Source of the DNA: an uncultured Hyphomicrobiales bacterium
GTDB taxonomy: Bacteria; Pseudomonadota; Alphaproteobacteria; Rhodospirillales; CAYFNC01
NCBI GenBank assembly: GCA_964344345.1
Contig: CAYFNC010000005.1
Span: forward strand, 2,338 to 66,337
DNA length: 64,000 nt
Direction: 5' to 3'
Under the pieces are notes generated by a model. That model did not search any database and was not told the DNA's origin. It saw nothing but the letters and a program-made list of their open reading frames with translations. Within the stretch, counting starts at the first letter, position 1. Every line of letters starts with the position of its first letter. Positions 9,848 to 21,760 of this stretch are shown piece after piece. The position numbers and the translations under genes were made by a program.

Positions 9848-10871
9848 CACGGCCGACGTCAGCGTCGTCATCCCGGCGTATCGCGCCGCCGGAACCATCG
9901 GCCGCGCGCTCGCGGGCGTTCGGGCCCAGACCGTCCGGCCCCGGGAGATCATTGTCATCGACGACGGGTCCAACGACGGCACGGCGGACGCCGCCCTCGC
10001 CGCCGCGCCCGCCGAAATCGAGACCAAGGTCATCCGCCAGGAGAACCAGGGCGCGGGCGCGGCGCGGAACCGGGGGATTGCGGAAGCATCCGGGGAATTC
10101 ATCGCCTTCCTCGACGCCGACGACGAATGGCTGCCGGAAAAGCTGGAGCGCACCCTCGCGCGCATGCCCGGAAACGTCTTCGTCGGCCACAACGGCCTGA
10201 TCGTCGACGAGGCGGGGCGCGAAGACGTCATCGACGGCGCGGCCCGGTTCAAAATGCGCGCCGACCCCTGGGTCGGGCTTTACGAGCGCGGCTACGTGGA
10301 CACCTGCACCGTTGTGGCGCGTCGCGACGCGGTGCTGGCGGCGGGGGGCTTCGACGCGACGCTTCCCAACGCCCAGGACTTCGATCTGTGGCTGGCGCTG
10401 GCGGAAAGCGCGGACGCCCGGTTCGAGGTCTTCGACGAAGTGCTGTCCCGCTACCACATCCAATCGGGCAGCATCATGAGCCGCACTTGGCGCAGGCTGG
10501 ATTGCTGCATGGAGATCGCGCGGCGGTATTCGCCCGTCCTCGCGCGGCGGACCGGCAATCCGCTAGGTCCCCTCTTTTTTAGAATTCTCGCCGTCCATTA
10601 CGAAGCGATCCAAACCCTGCGCCGACGGGGCGATTGGGGCGGGGTCGTCCTGGCCGGGATCGAGTTGCCGGTTCAGATGCTCCTTGCGCTCCCCTACCCT
10701 TGGCGAAAATGGACGGAACGCCCCGACTTCATCGACGGAGAAAGCTGGCCATCGCCGAAAAAGGGCGCGGAGGCGTGGGCGCTGGCCTGGGTCGCGGCGG
10801 CCATGGCGGCCTTTCTGATCCAGTTCCGCGACCTGTTCGGACCGGTGATGCGGCTGTTGGGGCTCACATGA
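9837..10871 (+). CDS. Family 2 glycosyltransferase
   Basis: VSVVIPAYRAAGTIGRAL, IIVIDDGSNDGT and FLDADDEW (DxD) motifs. The ATG at 9837 overlaps the asnB-like 3' end. Confidence 0.9.
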   Translation: MAPDTADVSVVIPAYRAAGTIGRALAGVRAQTVRPREIIVIDDGSNDGTADAALAAAPAEIETKVIRQENQGAGAARNRGIAEASGEFIAFLDADDEWLPEKLERTLARMPGNVFVGHNGLIVDEAGREDVIDGAARFKMRADPWVGLYERGYVDTCTVVARRDAVLAAGGFDATLPNAQDFDLWLALAESADARFEVFDEVLSRYHIQSGSIMSRTWRRLDCCMEIARRYSPVLARRTGNPLGPLFFRILAVHYEAIQTLRRRGDWGGVVLAGIELPVQMLLALPYPWRKWTERPDFIDGESWPSPKKGAEAWALAWVAAAMAAFLIQFRDLFGPVMRLLGLT

Positions 10872-12736
10872 TCGCGCTCGGCGCCGTCGTCCTGGAATTC
10901 CTCGCATGCGTCGGGTTCGGCGCCATGGCCTTGCGGCTGCTGGGCGCGCTCGCCGACGTTCCCTGGGGGGAGCGCCTGGCCGTCGCTTTCGCCTGCGGAT
11001 TCGGCGTGTTGGGCTGGGTCCTGTTTCCCGTGGGCGTCGCGGGCGGCTTCGAAAACCAATGGCTGCTTGCGATCCTGTTCGCGGGCGTCCCGGGCGTCGT
11101 TCTGTTGGGCCGTCCCGCGTTCGGGGCTCGCGAGCCCGTCACGCTCGCGACCTGGGTTCTTTTGGGCGTTCTCGCCGTCGTTCTGTTTTTGAATTTGGCC
11201 CAGGCGTTGGCGCCGCCGACGGACGCGGACAGCGTCGCCTACCACTTCGCCCATCCCAAGCGGTTTCTGCTCGAAGGCGGCCTCGTCTTCATTCCCCGCG
11301 TCGCCGACGGGGCGACGCCGCTTCTGATCCAGTTGACCTACGTTCCCGTCCTGGGCCTCGGCGGCGAGACCGCCATGACGCTCTGGACCATGGCGAGCGG
11401 GTCGATGGCGGCTTGGTTCGTCTACGCCCTCGCCCGCAACTGGCTCGGGCGCGAATGGTCCTTGGCCGCGGCGCTGGTTTTCATGACCACGCCCGCCGTG
11501 ATCTACGGCGCCGGGTCGGGGCAAGTGGAGGTGCGGCTCGCCCTGTTCGCCCTTCTCGCCGCGTGGGCGCTGGGCCGGTCGTGGGAAAGCGGCGAGATGC
11601 GCTGGACCGTGGTCGCAGGCGTGGGCGCCGGGTTTTTCGTCGGGGGGAAATTCACCGGCCTGTTGTTCGCCGCCGGGTGCGGATTGTTGTTGATCTTGCG
11701 CCGCCGGTTCCTGGTTCACGGCGCGGCGTTTTCGGCCGTGGTGATCGCGGCCGGGGCGTCGTGGTATTGGTGGAACTGGCTGCACACCGGCGATCCGGTG
11801 TTCCCCATGCTGTTCCGCCTGCTGGGACCGGAAAACTACCAGTACTGGGACAAGGCCCACGACGATTTCCTGCGCGCAAGCTATTTCGGCTCGGACGTGG
11901 TGTTGCCGCGCACGCCGTTCTGGTTCGTGGCGTTTCCGTTCCAGGCCACCCTGTTCCCGTCGCCCAGGTTCGAGGCCGGGCGCACCGGGCTCGGGCCGTT
12001 TTTGTGGCTGATCCTGCCCTTCGCCGCCGCCGCCGCGTGGCGGTTCCGACGCAAGATTTCCCGCGACCGGCTGTTGGCGCTTCTGGCGCTCGGCGTCGTG
12101 TTCTACGTCATCTGGTTCGGCAGCGGCGTGTCCCAGAAGATCCGGCACATGACGTCGGTCCTTCCCTTGCTTCTGATCCCGCTGTTGGTGGCGGCGGAGC
12201 GGTTCGGGAGGCCGCGCGCCCTCGCGGCGGCGGTGGCGCTCTGCGTGGGGTTCCAGATTTCGGTTCTCGGGGTGTTTTCGCTGACCTATCTCCGCCATCT
12301 GTTCGAGGGGGAAAGCCGCGAGGCGTTCCTGGAGCGGACCTATGGCCCCTATCCCGTGATCCGCTGGGCGAACGAGACCCTGGATGCGAAGGCGCACCGC
12401 ATCATGGTTCCCCACCGAGAGACGCTTTTCTACTACGAGGTCCCCTATTTCATGGGGACCGTGCGGTTCCAAAACCTGATCGACCTGCGCGAGGGCGTCG
12501 ATTCCGTGACGGTGGCGGAGCAGATGCGCGCCCAGGGCGTCACCCATGTCCTGGGGATGTCCGAGGACGGGGCGGCGTCGGGGTACGCGAAGGGCCTTGT
12601 GGACGGCGGATGCATGACGCCGGTCATGCGCCATGATGGGGCCTATTGGACCGGCCGGACCCTGAGCGCGATGTCGAGGACGGAGATGGTCTACATCGTC
12701 TACAGGCTGAAGGACGACGCGTGCCGGTCGTCCTGA
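10868..12736 (+). CDS. Large polytopic membrane protein, putative GT-C-fold glycosyltransferase (ArnT/PMT-like)
   Basis: ATGA overlap at 10868. At least 12 hydrophobic segments, followed by a soluble C-terminal domain. The first-loop acidic motif PPTDADSVAYHF resembles GT-C (family 39/83) catalytic loops. Confidence 0.5.
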   Translation: MIALGAVVLEFLACVGFGAMALRLLGALADVPWGERLAVAFACGFGVLGWVLFPVGVAGGFENQWLLAILFAGVPGVVLLGRPAFGAREPVTLATWVLLGVLAVVLFLNLAQALAPPTDADSVAYHFAHPKRFLLEGGLVFIPRVADGATPLLIQLTYVPVLGLGGETAMTLWTMASGSMAAWFVYALARNWLGREWSLAAALVFMTTPAVIYGAGSGQVEVRLALFALLAAWALGRSWESGEMRWTVVAGVGAGFFVGGKFTGLLFAAGCGLLLILRRRFLVHGAAFSAVVIAAGASWYWWNWLHTGDPVFPMLFRLLGPENYQYWDKAHDDFLRASYFGSDVVLPRTPFWFVAFPFQATLFPSPRFEAGRTGLGPFLWLILPFAAAAAWRFRRKISRDRLLALLALGVVFYVIWFGSGVSQKIRHMTSVLPLLLIPLLVAAERFGRPRALAAAVALCVGFQISVLGVFSLTYLRHLFEGESREAFLERTYGPYPVIRWANETLDAKAHRIMVPHRETLFYYEVPYFMGTVRFQNLIDLREGVDSVTVAEQMRAQGVTHVLGMSEDGAASGYAKGLVDGGCMTPVMRHDGAYWTGRTLSAMSRTEMVYIVYRLKDDACRSS

Positions 12737-14289
12737 GAACGCCCGGGGACGCGCCCGCGTCGGGTTGGGATCGTTGGGTCTCCGTAGCCGGGGCCGAGGC
12801 GTCGTTGGACCCCGGAGCGCGCCTGCCCGGGCTCGGGCGGCGGATGGAGCGGATTTTCGCCGCCGTCCGCGAGGAATGGTGGGCGCTGGCCCGGGAGCTT
12901 CAGAAAACGCCTTCGGCCGAGCTGGCCCACGCGGCCTGCTGCAATCCCTCGCCGTCGGACCTGGGCGCCATGCTGGCCTGGAGCGGGCTGGTCCGGGAGT
13001 TGGCGGGGGAGCCCGAGACCACGCTCGTCCTTTGCGGCGACCCGTGGCTGTTCCGTCATCTCGCCGAGATGGCGGGCGTGGACGCCGGGCGGCGGCCGCC
13101 GTTGCTCAAGCGCGAACTGGCCATGGCGCTTCGCGGCTTCGCGGCCCGGACCAAGGCGGCTCTCCGCGTCGCCCGCGCGGCCGTCGCGCTCAAGGGGCAG
13201 CGCGCCCACCACGGAACCGGGGAGCCGGTCCTGCTGGTCTACGGCCATCCCGGAAGCGACGCCGAGGGCAACGACGCCTACTTCGCAGACCTGATGAAAC
13301 AATGGCCGGGGCTCAAGCGCCTTCTGCACACCGATTGCGGCGCGGCCAGGGCGCGGGAATTGTGCGCGGACGGGCGGACCGCGAGCCTGCACGCCTGGGG
13401 CTCGTCCTGGTTCGCGCTGACGCTTCCCTTCGCCAGGTGGCGGCCCGTCGCGAAAAACTGGCTGGTGCGCCGCGCCGCAGCGCGCGAGGGCGCGGGCGGG
13501 CAGGGGGCCATGACCCGCTGGCAGAGCCATTGCCAGACGCGCTGGCTCCAGGCCCAAACGCCAAGGTCTGTGGCGTGGCCGTGGGAGAACCAGCCGTGGG
13601 AGCGCCCCTTCGTTCGCGCCGCCCGATGCCGGACCGTCGGCTACCTGCACACGGTGGTGGGCCGCCACATGTGGAACCAGAGCCCCAACGCCAACATCGA
13701 CGGCCTCGCCGCCATCCCCGACGTCATCCTCTGCAACGGCCCGGCGTACCGCCGCGACATCGAGGGCCAGGGCATGCCGCCCGCGCGGCTGGCGGACGGC
13801 GGCGCCTTCCGTTTCAGCCCCGGGCCCCCGCGCGCGCATGACCCGGACGGCCCGGTGTTCGTGGCGCTGTCGAGCAATTTGTCCGTGACGGCGGAGTTGA
13901 TGGCGGCGGTCATGGCGGCCGCCGGAAAGGGCCATCGCTTCGTGGTCAAGGACCACCCCATGTACCCGTTCGACTTTCCCGAATCCGACGCCGTCGCCCG
14001 CACCCGGGACTCCCTTTACGACCAGCCGGGATTGAAGGGGGTTTTGTACTGCGCCAGCGTGGTGGGATACGAGGCGATGCTGTCCGGTCTGCCCACGGTC
14101 CGGTTCCTGCCGTCGGGGACGCTGGCGGTCAACGTGCTGCCGAACGGGGTCGAGGCCCCGACTGCCGGGGTCGAGGACTTGGCCGAGGTTTTGTCACACT
14201 TGGACGCGCCCCAGCCCATGGAATGGACCGAGGCGTTCGCGCCCGTGGACCTGGACGTCTGGCGGCGCTGGTTGTTGGAGGACGGCTGA
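12721..14289 (+). CDS. Hypothetical protein (surface-carbohydrate biosynthesis context)
   Basis: The ORF is in operon phase, and GTG 12721 overlaps the upstream stop. I can name no motif. The C-terminal half has Rossmann-like beta-alpha alternation (VFVALSSN, FVVKDHP, VLYCASVVGYEAMLSGLP). Confidence 0.5.
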   Translation: MPVVLRTPGDAPASGWDRWVSVAGAEASLDPGARLPGLGRRMERIFAAVREEWWALARELQKTPSAELAHAACCNPSPSDLGAMLAWSGLVRELAGEPETTLVLCGDPWLFRHLAEMAGVDAGRRPPLLKRELAMALRGFAARTKAALRVARAAVALKGQRAHHGTGEPVLLVYGHPGSDAEGNDAYFADLMKQWPGLKRLLHTDCGAARARELCADGRTASLHAWGSSWFALTLPFARWRPVAKNWLVRRAAAREGAGGQGAMTRWQSHCQTRWLQAQTPRSVAWPWENQPWERPFVRAARCRTVGYLHTVVGRHMWNQSPNANIDGLAAIPDVILCNGPAYRRDIEGQGMPPARLADGGAFRFSPGPPRAHDPDGPVFVALSSNLSVTAELMAAVMAAAGKGHRFVVKDHPMYPFDFPESDAVARTRDSLYDQPGLKGVLYCASVVGYEAMLSGLPTVRFLPSGTLAVNVLPNGVEAPTAGVEDLAEVLSHLDAPQPMEWTEAFAPVDLDVWRRWLLEDG

Positions 14290-14290
14290 A

Positions 14291-16138
14291 GTGTGCGGCG
14301 TCGCCGGCAGCCTGAGGGCGGACGACGGAATCCTCAAAGCCATGGGGGACCGGATGGCCCACCGGGGTCCCGACTCCCGGGGCCAGTGGCGGGAAGGAGC
14401 CGTCGGGCTCGCCCACACCCGGCTCGCGGTCATCGACCTGACGCCGGGCGGGGCCCAGCCCATGGCGTCGCCCTGCGACCGGTTCGTCATCGCCTACAAC
14501 GGCGAGGTCTACAACCACCAGGCCTTGCGGGAGGAACTGGAGCGGGCCGGGGAGTCGTTCCAGTCCCGCAGCGACACCGAGGTGGTTCTTCGCCTGCTGG
14601 CCCGCGACGGCGCAAAGGCGCTGGACAGAATGGTCGGCATGTTCGCCATCGCGCTTTGGGATCGGGAGCGCGAAGCGCTGCTGCTCGCCCGCGACCGGCT
14701 GGGAATCAAGCCGATGGTCTACGCGCCGCTCGCGGACGGGGCCCTCGCCTTCGCATCGGAAATCGAGGCGTTGAAGGTCCATCCCGGCGTCGACCTCGAA
14801 ATGGACCGGGAGGCGCTGTCCGAATACCTGGCCTGCCTTTACGTCCCCGCCCCCCGGACCATTCATGCGGGAATCCGCAAGCTTCCCCCGGGCCACGTCC
14901 TGACCTGGAGGGGAGGGGAGTTCCGCGTCGCGCCCTATTGGTCGCCCAGCGTCGTCGGCGTTCGCGAACCTTCGATGGACGAGGCGGTCGAGGAGGTCCT
15001 GCCCCTCGTCCGCCAAGCCGTCGCCGGGCGCATGGTGGCCGACGTGCCGGTCGGGTGTTTTCTTTCAGGGGGAATCGACAGCTCGTTGATCGCCGCCCTG
15101 ATGGCGGAAGAGGCGAAGGCGTCGGGCGGGCCGCCCATCCGCACCTTCACCATGACCTTCGACACGGCGGCCTATGACGAGCGCGACGCGGCGCGCGCGG
15201 TGGCGGAGCATGTGGGCTCCGAGCACGCCGAGCTTCCCGCCTCCCCCAGCCTGGTGGGCCTGCTGGACGACTACGTCGCGGGCTTCGGGGAGCCGTTCGG
15301 CAATCCCACCGCGCTCTTGATCAACGACCTGTCGAGGAAGGCGCGCGAACACGTCACCGTGGCCCTGGTCGGCGACGGCGGGGACGAGGTGTTCGCGGGC
15401 TATCCCCGCTACAAGGGCGGGCTTCTGGCCGGGCGCTACCGCAAGCTTCCGGCGTGGTTGCGCAAGGGCGCGGTCGAGCCCGCCTCGCGCCTGATCCCCG
15501 AAAGCTCGGGCGGGCTGCACCAGTTCCGCCGGGCGCGGGAGTTCCTATCGGGCGCCAACCTGGACGACCCCGAGATGTACGCGTCCTGGGTGGAATACTT
15601 CGACCCCGAGGAGCGCGCCGCCATGACGGGCGGGGCGCGGCCTTCGCGCCCCATCGCCGAGTTGTACGAACGCGCGCCCTCGGCCCATCCCCTCGACGCC
15701 ATGCAGCACGCGGACCTGCTGTCGTTCCTGCCCGGGAACCTTCTGGCCTACGGCGACGCCATGAGCATGCGCCACGCGCTGGAGCTTCGCCTGCCCTTGA
15801 TCGACCATCGCCTGGTCGAGGCGGTCCAGGAACTCGCGCCCGCCCTGCGCTTTTCCGGCGGCATGAAGGGATTGCTGAAGGCCGCGGCCAAGCGGGTCCT
15901 GCCCGCCGACATCGTCGAGCGCCCCAAGCGCGGCTTCAACCCGCCCATGGGGCTGTGGCTGAAGAACGAGCTCGCCCCCATGGTGGCCGAGCGCCTGACC
16001 GCGCCCGCCATGGCGGATTGCGGAATCCAATGGCCGCCGGTCGAGCGCCTGCTCGCCGAGCACCGCCGGGGCAGGCGGGACCATTCGTTGAAGATTTGGG
16101 CTTTGCTGGTGTTGGACGCGTGGCGGCGGCGGGAGTAA
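14291..16138 (+). CDS. Asparagine synthase (glutamine-hydrolysing) family amidotransferase, paralog 2
   Basis: GTG start one nt after the upstream stop. (M/V)CGVAG nucleophile. FLSGGIDSSLIAAL PP-loop. 615 aa. Confidence 0.9.
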   Translation: MCGVAGSLRADDGILKAMGDRMAHRGPDSRGQWREGAVGLAHTRLAVIDLTPGGAQPMASPCDRFVIAYNGEVYNHQALREELERAGESFQSRSDTEVVLRLLARDGAKALDRMVGMFAIALWDREREALLLARDRLGIKPMVYAPLADGALAFASEIEALKVHPGVDLEMDREALSEYLACLYVPAPRTIHAGIRKLPPGHVLTWRGGEFRVAPYWSPSVVGVREPSMDEAVEEVLPLVRQAVAGRMVADVPVGCFLSGGIDSSLIAALMAEEAKASGGPPIRTFTMTFDTAAYDERDAARAVAEHVGSEHAELPASPSLVGLLDDYVAGFGEPFGNPTALLINDLSRKAREHVTVALVGDGGDEVFAGYPRYKGGLLAGRYRKLPAWLRKGAVEPASRLIPESSGGLHQFRRAREFLSGANLDDPEMYASWVEYFDPEERAAMTGGARPSRPIAELYERAPSAHPLDAMQHADLLSFLPGNLLAYGDAMSMRHALELRLPLIDHRLVEAVQELAPALRFSGGMKGLLKAAAKRVLPADIVERPKRGFNPPMGLWLKNELAPMVAERLTAPAMADCGIQWPPVERLLAEHRRGRRDHSLKIWALLVLDAWRRRE

Positions 16139-16184
16139 ATCTCCCGCCCGCCCGCGTTTCGTCGTTTCGTTTTTTCGTTCGGCG

Positions 16185-16418
16185 CTACACCCGCCAGGCC
16201 GGGGGCCTGGAGCGGAGGTTGTGCCGGGCCGTGGTGATCAGGTTGCGCAGGTCGCGATACCGGACCCGGTCGCTCGCCATCACCAACTTGGTGGTGGGAT
16301 CGGTCATGAGATCGTCGAGGTTGGGTTCGTCGCCACTTGCTGAGTAAGGGGATCGATCCCCGTTGGCGGCCAAACGCAACCGGCCGAAAGCCCGCCTTTC
16401 GAAGCCGTTTCCGCTCAT
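16185..16418 (-). CDS. Small hypothetical protein (77 aa)
   Basis: ATG at 16418 is preceded by a strong SD (AGGGAGGAATTCAT-ATG on the minus strand). Product MSGNGFERRAFGRLRL...DLMTDPTTKLVMASDRVRYRDLRNLI. The longer track ORF start (16454) lacks an SD. Confidence 0.45.
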   Translation of the reverse strand: MSGNGFERRAFGRLRLAANGDRSPYSASGDEPNLDDLMTDPTTKLVMASDRVRYRDLRNLITTARHNLRSRPPAWRV

Positions 16419-16889
16419 ATGAATTCCTCCCTGAAAAACTCGCCTTTTCGCCATCCTTTTCGTTACGTAACGCCAAGCCGTTTATTGGTGCGTTCACGGT
16501 GGAGCCCCCACTCCCCGCGTTATTGATTTCACACTCACGCCAGCTTTTATCCATTATATAACACGATTTCGTGTAATTAACAATTGGAATCATGAGACGC
16601 GTTCGCATTTTTGCATGTGCGAACAAAGGGTTGCGGGCCCTATCCCCGATATTCAGCGAATCCAGCGGCTTGCCCCGAATCAAGACGGAATCCATGACGC
16701 GGCGCGATTTCGCATTGCGGCGTTGGGGCCGCATGAGCCTATCCCCCGGGAATCACAGTTGTTTTCGGCTAACACCATAGGTCCTTACACCTATCGCCAT
16801 GACCGCTGACGCAACATCGACCGGATTCGAAAATATGAAAAAATTTTCCATGGCTTGACGATTTATTAGGCGAATCGATCCTCGCCCGG

Positions 16890-16922
16890 GGCAAGCGGAT
16901 TCGTCCGCTTGCCTTTTTTATT
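16890..16922 (+). terminator. Rho-independent terminator with no annotated upstream plus-strand gene
   Basis: Perfect 10-bp stem ggcaagcgga/tccgcttgcc with loop ttcg, followed by TTTTTTATT. Confidence 0.55.
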
Positions 16923-17033
16923 CGCGCCGTTCCTCGGCGGCGGGTCGGGGCGTTTCGCGTCTTCGCCACGAGGGGCTTTATCCTCGAAGGGGATGGCTGT
17001 ATGTTTCGCGCGCCACCCCTCGATGGAACGCCC

Positions 17034-20282
<3,249 letters not shown>

Positions 20283-20311
20283 GTTACGCTTACATCCTGC
20301 GTGCTTAACGG

Positions 20312-20350
20312 CCACGCGGAACCCAACGGTGGGGTTCGCGGTGGTTTTTG
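20312..20350 (+). terminator. Putative intrinsic terminator after carB
   Basis: Imperfect GC-rich hairpin ccacgcggaaccc...ggggttcgcggtgg followed by TTTTT. Confidence 0.5.
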
Positions 20351-20380
20351 CGTTTTCAATGACATGGGGGGATAGGGTCC

Positions 20381-20854
20381 ATGGAGAAAATCCCCATGAC
20401 CCCGGAGGGCCTGACGCGACTGGAGGACGAGCTCAAGCGGTTGAAGACCGTCGATCGGCCGGAGGTCATCCGCGCCATCGCCGAGGCGCGCGAGCACGGA
20501 GACCTTTCGGAAAACGCCGAGTACCACGCGGCGCGTGAGCGCCAGAGCTTCATCGAGGGCCGCCTCGCCGAGCTCGAGGACATCATCAGCCGCGCCGAAG
20601 CCATCGACGTGAGCAAGCTGTCCGGCGACACGGTGCGCTTCGGCGCCACGGTCATCGTGGTCGACGAGGACACGGACGAGGAAACCACCTATCAGATCGT
20701 CGGCAGCCACGAGGCGGACATCAAGCAGGGCCTGTTGTCGGTGACGTCGCCCTTGGGGCGCTCGCTGATCGGCAAGACGCTGGGCGACACGGTGGAGGTC
20801 ACCACCCCCGGCGGGCACAAGTCCTACGAGGTGGTGGACGTCAAGTTCGGCTGA
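20381..20854 (+). CDS. greA: Transcription elongation factor GreA
   Basis: [22 protein letters not shown]...[16 protein letters not shown]. 157 aa, typical GreA length and motifs. Confidence 0.95.
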   Translation: MEKIPMTPEGLTRLEDELKRLKTVDRPEVIRAIAEAREHGDLSENAEYHAARERQSFIEGRLAELEDIISRAEAIDVSKLSGDTVRFGATVIVVDEDTDEETTYQIVGSHEADIKQGLLSVTSPLGRSLIGKTLGDTVEVTTPGGHKSYEVVDVKFG

Positions 20855-20857
20855 GCC

Positions 20858-21736
20858 TTGCGCTACGAAGGTCCCATCTACCGTCCGCCGAGCGAGGCGG
20901 ACTCGCTGCTGATCCAGGCGACGCTCGGCTGTCCGCATAACAAATGCGCGTTCTGCATGGTCTACAAGAAGGGCCCGCGCTACGGCGTTCGGCCCGTCGC
21001 CGACATCGTCGAGGACCTGCATGAAGCCAAGAAGGCTTATGGCCCGGGGGTTCGCAGCCTGTTCCTGCCCGCCGGCAACACCATCGCCATGCCCACCGAC
21101 GATCTGGCCGCCGTCTGCGCCTCGGCCCGCGAGGTTTTTCCCGAGCTCGAACGCATCACCGTCTATGGCTCGTCCCAATACATCGTCGAGAAGGGCGCGG
21201 AAGGCATGCGCCGCCTTCGCGACGCCGGGCTCGCGCGCATCCACGTCGGCCTGGAGTCCGGCGACGACGAGGTGCTGAAGCGCGTCAAAAAGGGCGCGGA
21301 CAAGGCCTGCCACGTCGAGGCCGGACGCCTGGTCAAGGACGCGGGGATGGAGCTCAGCCTCTATGTGGTGCTGGGCCTCGGCGGCCAGGCGCTGACCCGC
21401 GAACACGCGATCGGAACGGCGGACGCGCTCAACGCCATCGAGCCCCATTTCATTCGACTCCGCACCTTCCTGCCCAAGGTGGACACGCTCATGCTGCGCG
21501 CGGTGAAAAGCGGCGAATTCGAGATGCTGTCGCCCCACGGCGTGTTGCGGGAGACCCGGCTCATGATCGAACGCCTCGACGTGTCGTCCGGGCGGCTGGA
21601 AAGCGACCACTACACCAACTACGCCGACCTGTTCGGCGATCTGCCGGACGACAAGCCCCGTCTTCTAAAGGACATCGACCGCCATCTGGCCCGGCCGGAA
21701 TCCGGGTTCCGCCCGGTCTACGTCGGCATGCAGTGA
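20858..21736 (+). CDS. Radical SAM protein (Elp3-type CX4CX2C cluster motif)
   Basis: TTG start 3 nt after the greA stop. GCPHNKCAFCMVY cluster motif at 20930-20956. 292 aa. Confidence 0.75.
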   Translation: MRYEGPIYRPPSEADSLLIQATLGCPHNKCAFCMVYKKGPRYGVRPVADIVEDLHEAKKAYGPGVRSLFLPAGNTIAMPTDDLAAVCASAREVFPELERITVYGSSQYIVEKGAEGMRRLRDAGLARIHVGLESGDDEVLKRVKKGADKACHVEAGRLVKDAGMELSLYVVLGLGGQALTREHAIGTADALNAIEPHFIRLRTFLPKVDTLMLRAVKSGEFEMLSPHGVLRETRLMIERLDVSSGRLESDHYTNYADLFGDLPDDKPRLLKDIDRHLARPESGFRPVYVGMQ

Positions 21737-21760
21737 CCTCTGCGTCATGTATGGGATGTA

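Noticed and set aside
10694-12634. 646-aa minus-strand ORF and 576-aa alternative plus-frame ORF over the GT-C-like gene
   Set aside because: There is no hydrophobic or functional pattern. The chosen frame gives a coherent polytopic membrane protein in operon phase.
16835-16858. Seven-codon mini-ORF (MKKFSMA) just before the orphan terminator, as a possible leader peptide
   Set aside because: It has no Shine-Dalgarno and no regulatory codon bias (no Arg or pyrimidine-related logic), so it is too weak to claim. It is mentioned only under the sRNA/leader finding.
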